Positions 10,144 through 20,486 are shown, counted from the first letter of the stretch. The stretch: 64,000 nucleotides of DNA from Acidobacteriota bacterium (GCA_004356805.1 SMXW01000045.1:20216-84215); one strand, 5' to 3'. The notes: generated by a model from the letters alone, not told the origin. Numbers and translations: made by a program.

Positions 10144-11238
10144 CTAACTCCAGGGGGCGCCGAATTGACGAAAACCGATGGCGACGGTGGAGATGACCAG
10201 CCAGGTGAGTGCTGCCGGAATCAGACGCTTCCAGCCCAGGGTCATGAGCTGGTCATATCGCAGCCGTGGCAACGTGGCCCGGAGCCAGAAGAAGATAAAG
10301 ACAATCGCATATGTCTTGATGAGGAAGTAAATCGTGGGAAGAGAGCCGGAAATGAGCCCCGGGAGGGATCCCTCGAATGTAGGACCGGCCCACCCACCGA
10401 GGAACAACGTGGCAGCAATGGCCGACATCGAGAAGATATTGACGTACTCGGCCAGAAAAAACATGGCGAAGCGCATACCGGAATATTCGGTGTGGAACCC
10501 GCCCACGAGCTCTTGCTCTGCCTCGACGAGATCGAACGGCGCCCGGTTGGTTTCCGCGACTATGGCCACCAGGAAGATCACAAACGCCACGAACTGAGGA
10601 AAGAGATTCCAGCGGGGAACGAATGACAGAACGGGCGAGATGTCTCCCCAGGTTCCGGTCTGGCGCTCCACAATCTCGGCCATCGACAGTGTGCCTCCCT
10701 CGCCTTGGGTGGCAGTGAAGACCACAACGGCAACCATGGCAAGACCCATTGCCGCCTCATAGGAGATGGCCTGAGCCGTGGCACGCACGGCACCAAGCAA
10801 GGGGTATTTCGAGCCCGAAGACCATCCTGCAAGAACCACCCCGTAGACGGCCATCGACGACATCGCCAGGATGAACAGCAATCCGATGTTGAGGTCGGCT
10901 CCCTGAAGCGCCACCTCGTGGTCGCCGATCATGAAGGGCTTGCCCCACGGCACCATCATGAAGATCAAGAACGCGGGGATGATCGCAAGGAACGGAGCCA
11001 GCAGGTACATGCCCAGCTCGACCTTTCGCGGAATCACCGACTCCTTGAAGAACAGCTTGAGACCGTCTGCCACCGTCTGGAGGATCCCCCATGGTCCGGC
11101 GCGGCTGGGACCGATGCGACTCTGCATATCGGCGAGGATCTTCCTCTCCGCCCAAACGTTGATCACCGTGACGACAAGCAGAAGCACAAAGGTCACCACC
11201 ACCCTGAAAGCAATGATCCCAAACTCAGGCCAACTCAT
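10144..11238 (-). CDS. nuoH: NADH-quinone oxidoreductase subunit H
   Basis: 364 aa. Conserved NuoH/ND1 N-terminus (ERKILADMQSRIGP). Confidence 0.9.
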   Translation of the reverse strand: MSWPEFGIIAFRVVVTFVLLLVVTVINVWAERKILADMQSRIGPSRAGPWGILQTVADGLKLFFKESVIPRKVELGMYLLAPFLAIIPAFLIFMMVPWGKPFMIGDHEVALQGADLNIGLLFILAMSSMAVYGVVLAGWSSGSKYPLLGAVRATAQAISYEAAMGLAMVAVVVFTATQGEGGTLSMAEIVERQTGTWGDISPVLSFVPRWNLFPQFVAFVIFLVAIVAETNRAPFDLVEAEQELVGGFHTEYSGMRFAMFFLAEYVNIFSMSAIAATLFLGGWAGPTFEGSLPGLISGSLPTIYFLIKTYAIVFIFFWLRATLPRLRYDQLMTLGWKRLIPAALTWLVISTVAIGFRQFGAPWS

Positions 11239-13661
11239 GAGGTCGTCACCCTGACCACCGGATCCGACCCTAGGGATGACGCACCCTGCTGGTTGAACGG
11301 GACGTAGACAACCCCGGTCGGAGTGCCCTCGTCGAGGACACAGGTGAATTCGCCCTCCCCGCGAGTCGTCACCACCTTGATGGTGTGTCCGTCCCGGGCG
11401 CCGATGCTCGGAGCGTCGCCCGGGTTGAGATGAGCAACAGCGCCCGGGCCGAGTTTGTGTAACGACGGAGAGTGCTGGAGTCGAACTCCGTTGTCGTACA
11501 TGACCCGCGCGACGTGCAGAGTCAACTTTGCCGTCGGAGCCTTGGACCCCTGAAGGGCCACCGGAATGTGGTTTATCGCCTGAGCGCCATGAATGGGGAC
11601 AACAATGCCATCACGGTGATCCCATTCGAGAGAGTCCCACGTCAGATCCTCATAGGCCGGAGAAACCGTGGCTATCTCTTTTGTGATCCCTTCCGCGGAA
11701 GCGAGACCGAGCGAGACCCCCATTCGGGTCGCGATGTCGTCGAGAATGGCCCAATCAGTGCGCGCTTGTCCCGGAGCAGGCCGAATCTGGTTGACCTTCT
11801 GCACCCGTCCTTCGACGTTGGTGACAGTTCCCTCTTTCTCCGAGAACCCCGATGCCGGGAGGATGACGTCTGCGTTCCGATTCGAATCGTTCAGAAACAG
11901 ATCGATGGCGATGACGTACTCGGCGGCGTCGAGAGCATCGACCGCTATGGACGGCTCAGGCAAGTCGTTGATCGGATCGGCGCCGACGAGCACCAGGCCT
12001 CTTACTTCTCCGGAGTCGAGTCCCTGGAGAATCTGACGTGTGTCTCTGCCTATGACGGCAGGAATGTCGCCCCAGGATGCTGCCAGGTTGGCGCATCCGA
12101 TCGTGTCGAGACCGACCCTTCCCGGCAACAGATCGGGGGCGAGGCCCATGTCAAGAGCGCCGTAGGTGTTGGCCCGACTGTTCAGTGGCATCAGCTTGGC
12201 GTGGACAGCCTTCCGCCGAACCAGGGCAGCGACCGACTCGGCTAGCTGCGGCCCGTCGGCATGACTTGCGATACCGACCAACGCCACCACCTTCTCGGCG
12301 GCAAACGCCTGGCTGACCTCGGGATGATCGCCATTCGCCAACTCGTCGAGTAGCTCGTACCCACCCCCGGGTCGGTAGGTGAGCTTGTGGCTGGCCCGGT
12401 CGTCGAGCCCTGTCGCCCTCGGATGGATGACCACCAGAGTGGCTCCCAACTCCTGTGCTGCACGTCGTACGCGCAGATACAGGGTGGGGTGCTCTTCCTT
12501 GAGGTCGGGTGCCCAGACGACGATGGTGTCGGCGTCATCGATGTCAGCGATTGTGGCGCGATCTACCGACGCAGAAAGGAAGTGAGACGCCAGCGCATCG
12601 TCCAGTCGGGCGTCGACATTGTTTGATCCCAGGGCCACCCGGGCGAATTTGGATATGGCGTATGCATCCTCGTTTGTCCCCTGCGCTCCACCGATGACGG
12701 CCAACGCCTCGCCCCCGTCTTCGCTCTTGATGAGGTCGAGACGGTTGGCGGCGGTGTCGATGGCCTCCGTCCAGCTGACTTCGACGAGCTCGCCACCCCT
12801 CCGAACCAGTGGCGAGGTCAAGCGCTGATCGGATCGCAGGTACTCGTACCCGAATCGAGCTTTGTCGGAGAGCCAACCGTGATTGGTGGCATCGTTGTCG
12901 ACGCCTGTGTAGCGAAGAATCTCGTTCTGGCTGGCGTGGATCTCAATCCGGGGGTGTGCGGTGTCCTGGAGAGACGAGCTCTCCACCTTCTGAAGATCCC
13001 ACGGCCGTGCCCTGAATCGATATGGCTTGGCGGTGAGGGCGCCGACCGGGCAGATCTGGACGGTGTTGCCCGAAAAGTAGGAGGAGAACGGCAGGTCCGG
13101 GAAAGTATTGACCTCGGTGGTGTTGCCTCGATGCTGGAACTCAATCAGCGGATCGCCGGAGATCTCCTCGGAGAAGCGTGTGCACAGGGCACAAAGGATG
13201 CAACGCTCCCGGTCGAGCAAAACGAGTTCGGAGATCGGGATTGGTTTCTCGAATGAGCGCTTGATCTCGACAAAGCGGCTCTCCCCTGGTCCGTAGGCAA
13301 GAGCCTGATCCTGCAACGGGCACTCGCCGCCCTTGTCGCACACGGGACAGTCCAGGGGATGATTGGCGAGAAGGAACTCGAGGATCGCCTCCTGAGCCTT
13401 CTTGACCTCTTCGCTCTCCGTGTCGACAACCATTCCGTCCGATACCGGACTGGTGCATGCCGTCACCATCATCGGTCCTCGGGGAGTCTCGATCTCAACA
13501 AGACACATACGGCACATCCCGACAGGGCTCATCCGCTGGTGCCAGCAGAACCGCGGGATGTAAGTGCCCTCGTCCTGAGCTGCCTTGATCAGGAGCTCGC
13601 CGGCGGGGACCTGGCTCTCCACACCGTTGATGGTGACGGTGACCAATTTCGCTTCGCTCAT
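11235..13661 (-). CDS. nuoG: NADH-quinone oxidoreductase subunit G (Fe-S, molybdopterin-like fold)
   Basis: 808 aa. N-terminal 2Fe-2S and 4Fe-4S Cys clusters (CWHQRMSPVGMCRMC; CPVCDKGGEC). Confidence 0.9.
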   Translation of the reverse strand: MSEAKLVTVTINGVESQVPAGELLIKAAQDEGTYIPRFCWHQRMSPVGMCRMCLVEIETPRGPMMVTACTSPVSDGMVVDTESEEVKKAQEAILEFLLANHPLDCPVCDKGGECPLQDQALAYGPGESRFVEIKRSFEKPIPISELVLLDRERCILCALCTRFSEEISGDPLIEFQHRGNTTEVNTFPDLPFSSYFSGNTVQICPVGALTAKPYRFRARPWDLQKVESSSLQDTAHPRIEIHASQNEILRYTGVDNDATNHGWLSDKARFGYEYLRSDQRLTSPLVRRGGELVEVSWTEAIDTAANRLDLIKSEDGGEALAVIGGAQGTNEDAYAISKFARVALGSNNVDARLDDALASHFLSASVDRATIADIDDADTIVVWAPDLKEEHPTLYLRVRRAAQELGATLVVIHPRATGLDDRASHKLTYRPGGGYELLDELANGDHPEVSQAFAAEKVVALVGIASHADGPQLAESVAALVRRKAVHAKLMPLNSRANTYGALDMGLAPDLLPGRVGLDTIGCANLAASWGDIPAVIGRDTRQILQGLDSGEVRGLVLVGADPINDLPEPSIAVDALDAAEYVIAIDLFLNDSNRNADVILPASGFSEKEGTVTNVEGRVQKVNQIRPAPGQARTDWAILDDIATRMGVSLGLASAEGITKEIATVSPAYEDLTWDSLEWDHRDGIVVPIHGAQAINHIPVALQGSKAPTAKLTLHVARVMYDNGVRLQHSPSLHKLGPGAVAHLNPGDAPSIGARDGHTIKVVTTRGEGEFTCVLDEGTPTGVVYVPFNQQGASSLGSDPVVRVTTS

Positions 13662-15037
13662 TCAGCCACTTCTGGGGGGCGACCCCCAGACCCCCGCTCG
13701 CTGCTCGGCATGAGGTCCTTATCGCTGGGGCGGTCAACTTCGCTGGTTTTCTCGGACGTCTCTCGCGTTTGAGTCTTGTATGGACATCCTCCGTTGCTGA
13801 CATGGGAGTCGACCTCGTCACGGAAGTAGTCCCTGAGGGCGATGATCGGAGAAACCGCCGATGGGCCAAGCGGGCAAATCGTCGTCATCTTGGGCGGCCA
13901 GACGAGACCGATGCTGATGCCATCTGACACGTCAACAAGGAGATCGAGGTCGACCGCTCGACCTTGACCCTCCTCAATGCGACGCAGAATCATCTCCAGC
14001 CACGTCGTCCCCTCGCGACAGGGTGTGCACTGACCACATGATTCGTGTGCGAAGAACCGGATAACCCTTTCGGCAGCCTTGACCATGCAGGTGTCCTCAT
14101 CCATCACGATGACTGCTCCAGAGCCCAACATCGATCCCGCGGCAGCTGTCGCGTCCTTGGTGATCTCGAGGTCTAAGTGCTCCTCTGGGACGAACCAGGG
14201 GGCGGAGGCCCCGCCGGGAATCCATGCCTTCAGTCCCTTGCCGTCGGGAATGCCGCCCCCGACGTCATAGATCAACTCACGCCAGGTGATCCCGTGCGCC
14301 AGTTCGTAGTTCCCGGGACGGTTGACGTGCCCCGACAGCGAGGTCATGAAGGTCCCGGTGTCGGCGTTGCCGGTGAGTCCTGAGAACTCTCCCGCTCCCA
14401 TAGCCAGTATGTGAGGGAGGTTGGACACAGTCTCGACGTTGCTGACGATGGTGGGCATCATGTAGAGGCCCTTTGCCGCCGGGAAGTAGGGGGGCTTCAG
14501 CCTCGGCTCACCTCGTTTGCCTTCGAGAGAGTTGATCATGGCTGTCTCCTCGCCACAGATGTATGCCCCACCGCCGAGATGAACGGTTACCTCTAGGACG
14601 TAGTCGGAGCCGAAGATTCCTTTGCCGAGATAGCCCTTGGCATACGCCTCGTCGACCGCAGCTTGGACCCTGCGCGCAGGCTTGGAGTACTCGCCCCTTA
14701 TGTAGACAAAGGCGTGGTGAACCTCGTTGGCGATCGAGGTGATGATGATCCCCTCGATCATCTGGTGGGGGTCACGCTCCAGAAGCTGGCGGTCTTTGAA
14801 CGTCCCGGGCTCCGACTCATCGGCGTTGACGACGAGGTAGGAGGGTCGGGCCGGAGCCAGGAGGCTCCACTTGAGGCCGGCGGGGAATGCTGCACCCCCG
14901 CGGCCGAGCAAACCGGACATCTTGATCTCTTCGATGAGCTCGTCGCGAGTCAGTCCCAGGGCCCGCTTGCCCTGCGTATAACCCCTTGTGGACTCGTACC
15001 TGGCGATGGTGTGCGAGTCGCTCGGATGGTCGACCAT
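13658..15037 (-). CDS. nuoF: NADH-quinone oxidoreductase subunit F (FMN, NADH-binding)
   Basis: GGAAFPAGLKW and the CGQCTPCREG Fe-S motif. Start set at MVDHPSD. A TTG at 15052 is an alternative. The upstream 38 codons of the ORF call are spurious. Confidence 0.85.
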   Translation of the reverse strand: MVDHPSDSHTIARYESTRGYTQGKRALGLTRDELIEEIKMSGLLGRGGAAFPAGLKWSLLAPARPSYLVVNADESEPGTFKDRQLLERDPHQMIEGIIITSIANEVHHAFVYIRGEYSKPARRVQAAVDEAYAKGYLGKGIFGSDYVLEVTVHLGGGAYICGEETAMINSLEGKRGEPRLKPPYFPAAKGLYMMPTIVSNVETVSNLPHILAMGAGEFSGLTGNADTGTFMTSLSGHVNRPGNYELAHGITWRELIYDVGGGIPDGKGLKAWIPGGASAPWFVPEEHLDLEITKDATAAAGSMLGSGAVIVMDEDTCMVKAAERVIRFFAHESCGQCTPCREGTTWLEMILRRIEEGQGRAVDLDLLVDVSDGISIGLVWPPKMTTICPLGPSAVSPIIALRDYFRDEVDSHVSNGGCPYKTQTRETSEKTSEVDRPSDKDLMPSSERGSGGRPPEVAE

Positions 15038-15063
15038 CCGCCTTGTAACCAAAAGCGGTGTTG

Positions 15064-15687
15064 TCAATCCGCTGCCTCGCTGCCAACGGTGCCAAGGGGC
15101 TGGAAGGCCGGGTAGGGGCCAATGGCGCCACTTTTCTCGCTGATGCCCCAATCGAAGCTGGTTCTGCCGCCGAACAGCGCTTGCATCTCGTCGGAGTTCA
15201 CCACGTCAGGGCGTGCTTTCTTGAGCCACCGAACCAACTGCCGCGCTTTCTCCGGTGAGACACCCTCGATCAGTTCGTAGTTGATCTGAACGGCGGGGGC
15301 GCCTCCGCAGGCACCGATGCATTCGACGTGTTCGACCGAGAGAAGGCCGTCATCGTCGGTCTCCCCGTGTGGAACACCGGACTCGTCCTCGACGGCATGA
15401 AGAACATCGTCACCACCGAGCAGCATGCACGTGATCGACGTGCAGCAGGAAACCAGATACTGCCCGGTTCGCTCTCGTTTGTACATCGTGTAGAAGCTGG
15501 CCACCGATAGAACCTGAGCCGGTGTGATTTCACACCATCGGCCCACTTCCTCCATCCCGTCACCCGTCAGATAACCCTCTTCGGACATCGCCAAGTACAG
15601 CAGAGGCATGACAGCCGACCGTTTCTCCGGGTATCGGGCGATAATCTGGCGAGCCCGCTCCTGAGTGCCTTCGGACCAGCGACTCAT
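15064..15687 (-). CDS. nuoE: NADH-quinone oxidoreductase subunit E (2Fe-2S)
   Basis: 207 aa. Cys motif CCTSITC...CIGACGGAP. Confidence 0.9.
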   Translation of the reverse strand: MSRWSEGTQERARQIIARYPEKRSAVMPLLYLAMSEEGYLTGDGMEEVGRWCEITPAQVLSVASFYTMYKRERTGQYLVSCCTSITCMLLGGDDVLHAVEDESGVPHGETDDDGLLSVEHVECIGACGGAPAVQINYELIEGVSPEKARQLVRWLKKARPDVVNSDEMQALFGGRTSFDWGISEKSGAIGPYPAFQPLGTVGSEAAD

Positions 15688-17039
15688 CGGTCGACGTCCC
15701 CCATGACCGGATCGATCGAGGCGATGGTGGCGACGGTGTCCGCCATGAGACTGTCGGCCATAGCGATCGGTAGCGATTGGAGGTTGTAGAAGGAGGGTCC
15801 TCTGGTGTGCATGCGGTAGGGAATGGCCTCCCCATCGGAGACCAGGTAACAGCCCAACTCGCCGCGGGGTGACTCCACTGCAACATAAGTCTCTCCAGGT
15901 GGAACCTTGAAGCCCTCCGTGAAGAGTTTGAAGTGGTGGATCAGCGCCTCCATCGACTCATCTATCCGGGCTCGCGGTGGTGGCGTGATCTTTCGATCTC
16001 CAACTCTGAAATCACCCTTTGGCATGCCATCCATGACCTGTTCAACGATCTTCAGTGACTCCCACATCTCGTCAATTCGCACCCGATACCGGTCGTAAAC
16101 GTCACCGTTCTCGCCTATCGGCACATCGAACTCGTAGTTCTCGATGCCGGAGTAGGGAAATACCTTGCGGAGATCCCAATCGACCCCTGCCGCCCGAAGT
16201 GCCGGACCTGTGATGCTGAAGGCGATGGCCTCCTCGGACGAGATGACACCCACTCCCTTGGTTCGCGACAGCCAGATCGGATTCTCTTTGAGCAGGTCGT
16301 CGTACTGATCAAACCGCCGTGGAAAATCCTTCAGAATCCCGGCGACATCGTCCTTCCATCCCGGTGGCAGATCGGCGGCGACACCTCCGGGTCGGATGTA
16401 GTTGTGATTCATCCGAAGTCCGGTGGTCTTCTCGAAAAAGTCGAGGATGGACTCCCGCTCCCGGAACCCGTAGATGAATATCGACAGGGCGCCCATATCC
16501 AAGCCGTTGGTAGCCAGAGCAACGAGGTGCGACGAAACGCGATTGAGCTCGGTCATCAGTACCCGAATTGCTGCCGCCCTTGGCGGCACTTCTATGTCGA
16601 GAAGAGTCTCCACGGCAAGCGAAAAAGCGAGTTCCTCGTGAAAGGGGGCCAGATAGTCCATCCGAGTGACGTTGGTGGGACCCTGGCCAAAGGTGAGCTG
16701 CTCCGCAGTCTTCTCCATTCCCGTGTGGAGATATCCGATGATCAACTTCGTCCTACGAATGACCTCACCCTCGAGCTCGATCTGAAGTCGGAGCACGCCG
16801 TGCGTAGATGGGTGCTGCGGGCCCATGTTTATGATCATCCGCTCGTCGTCGGTCGCCTCGTCGTCGAACAGATAATCGTCGTCGACGACTCTGCCGAACT
16901 GGCTGTCGAGTCGGTCAGGCGTCTCGTCGGCAGAGATCTCTTGAGCACCTTCGTCAGTAGGCTGAATCTGCGGCTCCTCGGAACCGGCAACCCACACATC
17001 CACGATCTCGGTCGGCTCCTTCTTGGTTTCGTCTGTCAT
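15684..17039 (-). CDS. nuoD: NADH-quinone oxidoreductase subunit D
   Basis: NMGPQHPSTHGVLRL signature. Acidic N-terminal extension of about 60 aa. The ATG at 17039 follows the nuoC stop. Confidence 0.9.
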   Translation of the reverse strand: MTDETKKEPTEIVDVWVAGSEEPQIQPTDEGAQEISADETPDRLDSQFGRVVDDDYLFDDEATDDERMIINMGPQHPSTHGVLRLQIELEGEVIRRTKLIIGYLHTGMEKTAEQLTFGQGPTNVTRMDYLAPFHEELAFSLAVETLLDIEVPPRAAAIRVLMTELNRVSSHLVALATNGLDMGALSIFIYGFRERESILDFFEKTTGLRMNHNYIRPGGVAADLPPGWKDDVAGILKDFPRRFDQYDDLLKENPIWLSRTKGVGVISSEEAIAFSITGPALRAAGVDWDLRKVFPYSGIENYEFDVPIGENGDVYDRYRVRIDEMWESLKIVEQVMDGMPKGDFRVGDRKITPPPRARIDESMEALIHHFKLFTEGFKVPPGETYVAVESPRGELGCYLVSDGEAIPYRMHTRGPSFYNLQSLPIAMADSLMADTVATIASIDPVMGDVDR

Positions 17040-17040
17040 C

Positions 17041-17514
17041 TCAGTCCACCTGATGGGAGTCTTTGAATTGGACGGGAACCGAGCCGACGCCGAAGTCCTT
17101 ACGGAGAGGATGCCCCTCCCAGTCATCGGGCATCAGGATTCGGGTGAGGTCGGGGTGACCAACGAAGATGATTCCGAACATGTCATACACCTCGCGTTCG
17201 GCGAATCCGGCTCCGGGCCACAGCGGGGTCAGCGAGGCAACGGTCGGCTCATCCCGGCCCATTGACGTGATAATCCGCAGCCGAACGCCGAGACTCATCG
17301 AGAGCAAATTGGCGATGACCTCGAAACGATCGGGCCGCTGCCGCATCCAGTCGACTGCCGTCACGTCGGCGCACACTTCGAAGCCATGGTCCTTGGCGGC
17401 CTCCCCGAACGCATACCAATCGTCTACCGGCACGCGAGCAACGTCCTGACCGTGAGACTTCTCCCAAATGACCTGCTCGAACTGACCTGAAAGCGTGTCG
17501 AGGACTGGAATCAT
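17041..17514 (-). CDS. nuoC: NADH-quinone oxidoreductase subunit C
   Basis: 157-aa core ([10 protein letters not shown]... [18 protein letters not shown]). ATG overlaps the nuoB TGA. The ORF-track N-terminus is run-in through nuoB in another frame. Confidence 0.85.
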   Translation of the reverse strand: MIPVLDTLSGQFEQVIWEKSHGQDVARVPVDDWYAFGEAAKDHGFEVCADVTAVDWMRQRPDRFEVIANLLSMSLGVRLRIITSMGRDEPTVASLTPLWPGAGFAEREVYDMFGIIFVGHPDLTRILMPDDWEGHPLRKDFGVGSVPVQFKDSHQVD

Positions 17515-17978
17515 CGCTTGATCTCCCCGGCCATGATCTTGTCGTGAAGAGTGAGAATGCCGTGCATCAGGCTTTGCGGGCCCGGCGGGCATCCGGGAAC
17601 GTAGATATCGACAGGGACGATCTGGTCCACTCCCTGAACCAGGGCATAGTTGTTGAACATTCCACCGGTCGATGCACAAGCCCCCATGGATATGACCCAT
17701 TTGGGATCGGGCATCTGGTCGTAAACCTGCCGAAGAACCGGAGCCATCTTCTGGCTGACCCGGCCGGCGACGATCATCAGGTCTGCCTGTCTCGGTGAGG
17801 CTCTGAACACCTCCATGCCAAAGCGGGCCAGGTCGTGGTGGGCGGCACCCGTGGCCATCATCTCGATGGCGCAACACGCCAGACCAAAGGTGGCCGGCCA
17901 CATCGACCGGGTTCGAGACCAGTTGGCAGCCTTCTCCACCGTGGTCATGAGAAGGTTCCCCAGTGGGGTTGTCGCCAC
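17511..17978 (-). CDS. nuoB: NADH-quinone oxidoreductase subunit B (4Fe-4S N2)
   Basis: CCAIEMM...[10 protein letters not shown]...CPP motifs. GTG start overlapping the nuoA TAG (cTAGTGg). Start moderately uncertain. Confidence 0.85.
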   Translation of the reverse strand: MATTPLGNLLMTTVEKAANWSRTRSMWPATFGLACCAIEMMATGAAHHDLARFGMEVFRASPRQADLMIVAGRVSQKMAPVLRQVYDQMPDPKWVISMGACASTGGMFNNYALVQGVDQIVPVDIYVPGCPPGPQSLMHGILTLHDKIMAGEIKR

Positions 17979-18385
17979 TAGGCAGCCTCGCTGGTCTCTT
18001 GCGAGACATAGCGGGCTCGACGCTTGACATTCCAGTCGAGGGCACCGCGCTTCCAGACGTACATCAGCGTCTCCATTACGAAAAACGTGAAGATGAGCAT
18101 CGCCGCCACGCCGTACCAACCCAGTGCGGTCCAGATGGACGCCCACGCAAAGAGGAAGATGATCTCCACATCGAAAATGACGAACAGCATTGCAACGAGA
18201 TAGAACTTCACGGGAAACCGCTGGATCGCTTCGACCTCAGGGACGATGCCGCACTCGTAAGGGTCGAGCTTTTCCGGAGTAGGGCGATCCGGACTCACCA
18301 TCTTCGACATGACGAGAGACACGAATACGAATAGGCCGGCCAACAGGAGCATTAGGCCGATGGGGAGATAGTCCGCCAAGGTCAC
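17978..18385 (-). CDS. nuoA: NADH-quinone oxidoreductase subunit A
   Basis: 135 aa, 3 TM. First gene of the operon. Confidence 0.85.
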   Translation of the reverse strand: MTLADYLPIGLMLLLAGLFVFVSLVMSKMVSPDRPTPEKLDPYECGIVPEVEAIQRFPVKFYLVAMLFVIFDVEIIFLFAWASIWTALGWYGVAAMLIFTFFVMETLMYVWKRGALDWNVKRRARYVSQETSEAA

Positions 18386-18411
18386 GATTCGGAGCTTAGA
18401 ACGGCCTCAAC

Positions 18412-18429
18412 TTGTGAAGTAATTCGCAG
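18412..18429. promoter_or_regulatory. candidate Rex operator (ROP-like) in the nuoA / desulfurase divergent promoter region
   Basis: TTGTGAA-gtaa-TTCGCAG. The left half is a perfect Rex half-site. The right half matches TTCACAA at 5 of 7 positions. It lies 27 bp upstream of the nuoA start. rex is encoded at 21770. Confidence 0.35.
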
Positions 18430-18462
18430 AGACGACCTCATCACCCGAGGAATTAGAGTCCC

Positions 18463-19701
18463 GTGATGACCAGCCCATCACCAACACTCCCAATCGAGGA
18501 GGTCCGCTCCCGGTTTCCTGCTCTTCACCGACGCGAAGACGGACGGGAGGTCGCATATCTCGACGGGCCCGGCGGAACCCAGATGCCGCAGATCGTCATC
18601 GAAGCGATGACGTCGATTCTTGAAAACGGCATCAGCAACCTCGGTGGCGGATACGGCCCCTCAATCGCTGCGGACGAGATCACCGCATCCGGACGGAAGG
18701 CAATGGCCGACTTCCTCAATGCCGACCCCGACGAAATCGTTTTCGGCCAGAACATGACCAGCCTCACCTTCGCCCTGAGCCGTGCCTTAGCCGGCACTTG
18801 GAACGCGGGCGATGCCATCGTCGTGACCAGCCTTGATCACGATGCCAACTACACACCGTGGGTTCGAGCCGCCGGGGAGCATGGAGTAGAGGTCCGCCTG
18901 GCCGAGTTCGATTCGACCACAGGCGTGCTCGACCCTGAGACGATCATCGATCTGCTCGACGATCGAGTTCGACTTGTCGCAGTCTGTCTTGCATCCAACT
19001 CGCTGGGGACTCTGGTCGATATCGCTCCGATCAGCGCAGCCGCCCATGAAGCGGGCGCCGTGGTGTTTGTTGATGCCGTTCACGCCAGCCCGCACCGGTC
19101 AATTGATGTTGAGAGGCTTGGTTGCGACTTCATCGCCGTTTCGGGCTACAAGTTCTTCGGACCACATATCGGGGTTCTGTACGGGCGGATCGATCATCTG
19201 GCTGCGCTCGACGCCTACAAGGTTCGGCCGGCACCGTCGGATCCGCCGGGGAAGTGGGAGACCGGGACACAGAGCTTCGAGGCGATTGCCGCCGTCACGG
19301 CGGCTGTCGACTACATAGCCGGACTGGGCGGAAGTGGAGACACGAGACGAGCCTCCCTTCTGCGTGCCTACGAGAACATCTCGGTCTACGAAACAGGCCT
19401 TTCACGGCAATTCCTGGCGGGGATAGACGAACTCAGCAAAGTACGGCTCTACGGCGTGCCGGAAGCTGGTGATCGCCGGGTCTCCACATTTGCCATCGGC
19501 ATCGACGGATACCATCCGGACGATGCCGCCCAGCGACTGTTGGCCAATGGCCTCTATGTGTGGTCAGGCCACTACTACGCCGTGAACGCGATGGCCGAGT
19601 TGGGCGTTCTCGAAGAGGGAGGCTTGGTCCGCATTGGCTTTGTCCACTACAACACCAGTCAAGAGGTGGACCGGGTACTGGAGACCCTCGCAGAGTTGTA
19701 G
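18463..19701 (+). CDS. aminotransferase class V (cysteine desulfurase / selenocysteine lyase family)
   Basis: 412 aa. PLP-fold pattern with conserved motifs (SGYKFFGPHIGVLYG lysine region; HYNTSQEVD C-terminus). Confidence 0.75.
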   Translation: MMTSPSPTLPIEEVRSRFPALHRREDGREVAYLDGPGGTQMPQIVIEAMTSILENGISNLGGGYGPSIAADEITASGRKAMADFLNADPDEIVFGQNMTSLTFALSRALAGTWNAGDAIVVTSLDHDANYTPWVRAAGEHGVEVRLAEFDSTTGVLDPETIIDLLDDRVRLVAVCLASNSLGTLVDIAPISAAAHEAGAVVFVDAVHASPHRSIDVERLGCDFIAVSGYKFFGPHIGVLYGRIDHLAALDAYKVRPAPSDPPGKWETGTQSFEAIAAVTAAVDYIAGLGGSGDTRRASLLRAYENISVYETGLSRQFLAGIDELSKVRLYGVPEAGDRRVSTFAIGIDGYHPDDAAQRLLANGLYVWSGHYYAVNAMAELGVLEEGGLVRIGFVHYNTSQEVDRVLETLAEL

Positions 19702-19713
19702 TCACTTAGCTTT

Positions 19714-19756
19714 CTGTGTCGGAAAACCCGGCCTGAAGCCGGGTTTTCCGACACAG
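19714..19756. terminator. perfect 19-bp inverted repeat hairpin between convergent genes (bidirectional terminator-like)
   Basis: ctgtgtcggaaaacccggc-ctgaa-gccgggttttccgacacag. No clear U-tract on either side. Confidence 0.45.
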
Positions 19757-19785
19757 AAGGGCGCGACTACCGGGAAGGCAACGGG

Positions 19786-20454
19786 TCAGTCGATCAGAGC
19801 GTCTGCCAGACCAGCGATGTCATCGACGACCAGCTCCGGCGGCTCACCGGGGAGACTCCACACCACATCTGACCGTTGCACGAAGGCCGACCGTGCTCCG
19901 GCTGCAACCGCCCCGGCACAGTCCCAATCGTGGGCGGCGACCAGCATCATGTCGGCGATCTCGACACCCATCACATCCGCGGCGTGCTGATAGGGCTCGG
20001 GCGCCGGCTTGAAGCGGCGCACCTCCTCCACCGAGATGACTCTCCGAAGAAACGTGCGTAACCCGGCGTTTTCCATCTGGTCGTTCGCCGCGCTGGTCGA
20101 GCCATTGGTCAGAGCAACCATCGCAAAGTCGGCGTCGAACAGTCGCTGCAGCGCGTCATGGACCTCAGGGTGAGGAGGAAGGCTCGTCATGGTCGACACG
20201 ATTGACCCGGCGTCCTCACCGCGCATGGCCAGACCTCGCTTCTTGGAGACGGTGAGCAGCGACTCGATCCCGATCTCGGCGAACGACCGATAGTCCCCAA
20301 CATGGTTGGCGACGAGCGAACCGTGAAGCATGCGGGAAAACCACTCACCGACGGGCGCATCGATCCCAAAGGCCTCTTCGAATCTGGCCTTGATGGGGGC
20401 GAGGCTCAGCAGGGTTTCGTTGACATCGAAGGCGAGGAGCGCGGGTCGACTCAT
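19786..20454 (-). CDS. HAD-superfamily hydrolase (haloacid dehalogenase-like, subfamily IA)
   Basis: FDVNETL motif I with catalytic Asp. HAD core motifs downstream. Confidence 0.7.
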   Translation of the reverse strand: MSRPALLAFDVNETLLSLAPIKARFEEAFGIDAPVGEWFSRMLHGSLVANHVGDYRSFAEIGIESLLTVSKKRGLAMRGEDAGSIVSTMTSLPPHPEVHDALQRLFDADFAMVALTNGSTSAANDQMENAGLRTFLRRVISVEEVRRFKPAPEPYQHAADVMGVEIADMMLVAAHDWDCAGAVAAGARSAFVQRSDVVWSLPGEPPELVVDDIAGLADALID

Positions 20455-20486
20455 GGACGGCCATGTTAAAGGTCAGAGGTCGTGCT

